Assembly (NCBI RefSeq): GCF_009914755.1
Contig: NC_060927.1
Direction: 5' to 3' (one strand)
DNA from: the human T2T-CHM13v2.0 reference genome, Homo sapiens
DNA length: 64,000 nt
Part shown: piece after piece, positions 61,781-64,000 of the stretch
How the letters are laid out: each line of letters opens with the position of its first letter
Position numbering within the stretch: the stretch's first letter is position 1
Notes under the pieces: model-generated
Told to the model about the DNA's origin: nothing
Databases searched by the model: none
Seen by the model: only the letters and a program-made list of their open reading frames with translations
Made by a program: the position numbers and the translations under genes

Positions 61781-64000
61781 CATGAAATATGAAAGTACAT
61801 CAAATATAGATTACATACTGTACATAAAATATGAAAGTACCCCAAATATATATTATATACTCTACATGAAATATCAAAGTTCACAAACTATATATTATAT
61901 ACTGTACATAAAATATCAAAGTACCCAAGGTATATATTCTATACTGTACAAAAAATATCAAAGTATCCAAAGCATGTATTATATACTGTATATAAAATAT
62001 GAAAGTACATCAAATATATATTTTATTCTGTACATAAAATATCAAAGTACACCAGATATATATTCTATAGTGTACATAAAATATCAAAGTACCCAAACTA
62101 TACATTATATACTGTACATAAAATATGAAATTACAGCAAATATATATTATATTAGGTATATAAAATATGAAAGTACATCAAATATAGATTATATACTGTA
62201 CATTAAATACCAAAGTACCCCAAATATATATTTTATACTGTACATGAAATATCAAAGTTCACAAACTATATATTATATACTGTACATAAAATATCAATGT
62301 ACCCAAGGTATATATTCTATACTGCACAAAAAATATCAAAGTACCCAAAGCATGTATTATATACTGTATATAAAATATGAAAGTACATCAAATATATATT
62401 TTATTCTGTACATAAAATATCAAAGTACACCAGATATATATTCTATAGTGTACATAAAATAACAAAGTACACAAACTATAAATTATATCCTGTACATAAA
62501 ATATGAAATTACATCAAATATATATTAGGTACATAAAATATGAAAGTACATCAAATATAGATTATATACTGTACATTAAGTACCAAAGTACACCAAATAT
62601 ATATTTTATACTCTACATGAAATATCAAAGTTCACAAACCATATATTATATACTGTGCATAAAATATCAAAGTACCCAAGGTATATATTCTATACTGTAC
62701 AAAAAATATCAAAGTACCCAAAGCATGTATTATATACTATACATAAAATATGAAATTACATCAAATATATATTTTATTCTGTACATAAAATATCAAAGTA
62801 CACCAGATATATATTCTATAGTGTACATAAAATATCAAAGTACCCAAACTATACATTATATACTGTACATAAAATGTGAAATTACATCAAATATATATTA
62901 TATTAGGTACATAAAATATGAAAGTACATCAAATATAGATTATATACTGTACATTAAATACCAATATACCCCAAATATATATTTTATACTGTACATGAAA
63001 TATCAAAGTTCACACACTATATATTATATACTGTACATAAAATATCAAAGTACCCAAGGTATATATTCTATACTGTACAAAAAACATCAAAGTACCCAAA
63101 GCATGTATTATATACTGTACATAAAATATGAAAGTACATCAAATATATATTTTATTCTGTACATAAAATATCAAAGTACACCAGATATATATTCTATAGT
63201 GTACATAAAATATCAAAGTACCCAAACTATACATTATATACTGTACATAAAATATGAAATTACATCAAATATATATTATATTAGGTACATAAAATAAGAA
63301 AGTACATCAAATATAGATTATATACTGTACATAAAATATCAAAGTACCCCAAATATATATTATATACTCTACATGAAATATCAAAGTTCACAAACTATAT
63401 ATTATATACTGTACATAAAATATCAAAGTACCCAAGGTATATATTCTATAGTGTACAAAAAATATCAAAGTATCCAAAGCATGTTTTATATACTGTATAT
63501 AAAATATGAAAGTACATTAAAGATATATTTTATTCTGTACATAAAATATCAAAATACACCAGATATATATTCTATAGTGTACATAAAATAACAAAGTACA
63601 CAAATTATAAATTATATACTGTACATAAAATATGAAATTACATCAAATATATATTAGGTACATAAAATATGAAAGTACATCAAATATAGATTATATACTG
63701 TACATATAATATCAATGTACCCCAAATATATATTTTATACTCTACATGAAATATCAAAGTTCACAAACCATACACTATATACTGTACATAAAATATCAAA
63801 GTACCCAAGTTATATATTCTATACTGTACAAAAGATATCAAAGTACCCAAAGCATGTATTATATACTGTATATAAAATATGAAAGTACATCAAATATATA
63901 TTATATACTGTACATAAAATATCAAAGTACACCAGATATATATTTTATAGTGTACATAAAATATCAAAGTACCCAAGGTATATATTCTATACTGTACAAA

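Larger units (their letters stand above)
1..64000 (+). repeat. 42-bp AT-rich tandem satellite array, human satellite 1A (HSat1A/SAR) type; extends beyond both window ends
   Basis: Continuous 42-bp periodicity (14-aa period in the ORF track). Two GTAC sites per monomer delimit 17-bp (gtacataaaatatcaaa) and 25-bp (gtacccaaactatatattatatact) subunits, as described for classical human satellite 1. The family call is from recognition, not a database search; species and chromosome cannot be determined here. Confidence 0.95.

Noticed and set aside
86-63591. Well over a hundred + strand ORFs (up to 406 aa) encoding Y/I/K-rich 14-aa repeats
   Set aside because: 42 is divisible by 3 and one frame of the consensus lacks stops. 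ORFs begin and end at random stop variants and 1- or 5-bp indels, with no sign of frame preservation, unique domains or gene structure.
1-64000. CRISPR-like alternation of a conserved core (gtacataaaatat) with variable segments
   Set aside because: The variable parts are homologous to each other and recur every 378 bp; there are no unique spacers, leader or cas genes.
1-64000. Abundant TATA-like motifs and short palindromes (TGTACA, GTAC, ATATAT)
   Set aside because: Expected in a roughly 79% AT tandem repeat; nothing singles out any copy as a promoter or hairpin element.
1-64000. Possible inversion, transposon insertion or non-satellite island
   Set aside because: I saw no reverse-complement monomers and no non-satellite stretch, and the ORF track keeps the same pattern on the + strand throughout. 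Gaps in the track correspond to stop or frameshift variants.
1-64000. Alpha satellite or CENP-B box centromeric function; assignment to a specific chromosome
   Set aside because: There is no 171-bp period and CpG is nearly absent, with no CENP-B box seen. Chromosome assignment needs a k-mer search against a T2T assembly, which I cannot run.

Overview
The whole 64 kb window is one uninterrupted, single-orientation, very AT-rich (about 21% GC from the monomer consensus) tandem satellite with a 42-bp monomer (consensus approx. TATATTATATACTGTACATAAAATATCAAAGTACCCAAACTA). The monomers are organised into a 378-bp 9-monomer higher-order repeat (HOR), giving roughly 1,500 monomers and 165 HOR units. 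The monomer, its two GTAC (RsaI) sites that give 17+25 bp fragments, and the 9x42 period match classical human satellite 1A (HSat1A, RepeatMasker SAR). I see no genes, RNA genes, mobile elements or inversions, and the ORFs are artefacts of a 42-bp period with one stop-poor frame. The informative structure is internal: recurrent HOR length variants (373, 376/377, 536, 582/583, 251, 336 bp), kb-scale tandem duplications (6071, 5662, 2418, 2796 bp), long-range block copies (offsets such as 28032, 36851, 25104 bp) and two diverged islands. The most speculative functional signal is that the + strand is saturated with perfect Pumilio elements (TGTA[ACT]ATA, about 6 per HOR), while the - strand has one TGTA..AATAAA motif per HOR. 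I cannot support a new gene system. Monomer names used below: M1 atgaaatatcaaagttcac, M2 agtacccaaggt, M3 agtacccaaagcatg, M4 gaaagtacatcaaatatatattttattc, M5 agtacaccagat, M6 agtacccaaactatacat, M7 gaaattacatc..tagg, M8 gaaagtacatcaaatatagat, M9 agtaccccaaat. Offsets were derived by hand from ORF coordinates and marker variants, so block boundaries are approximate.
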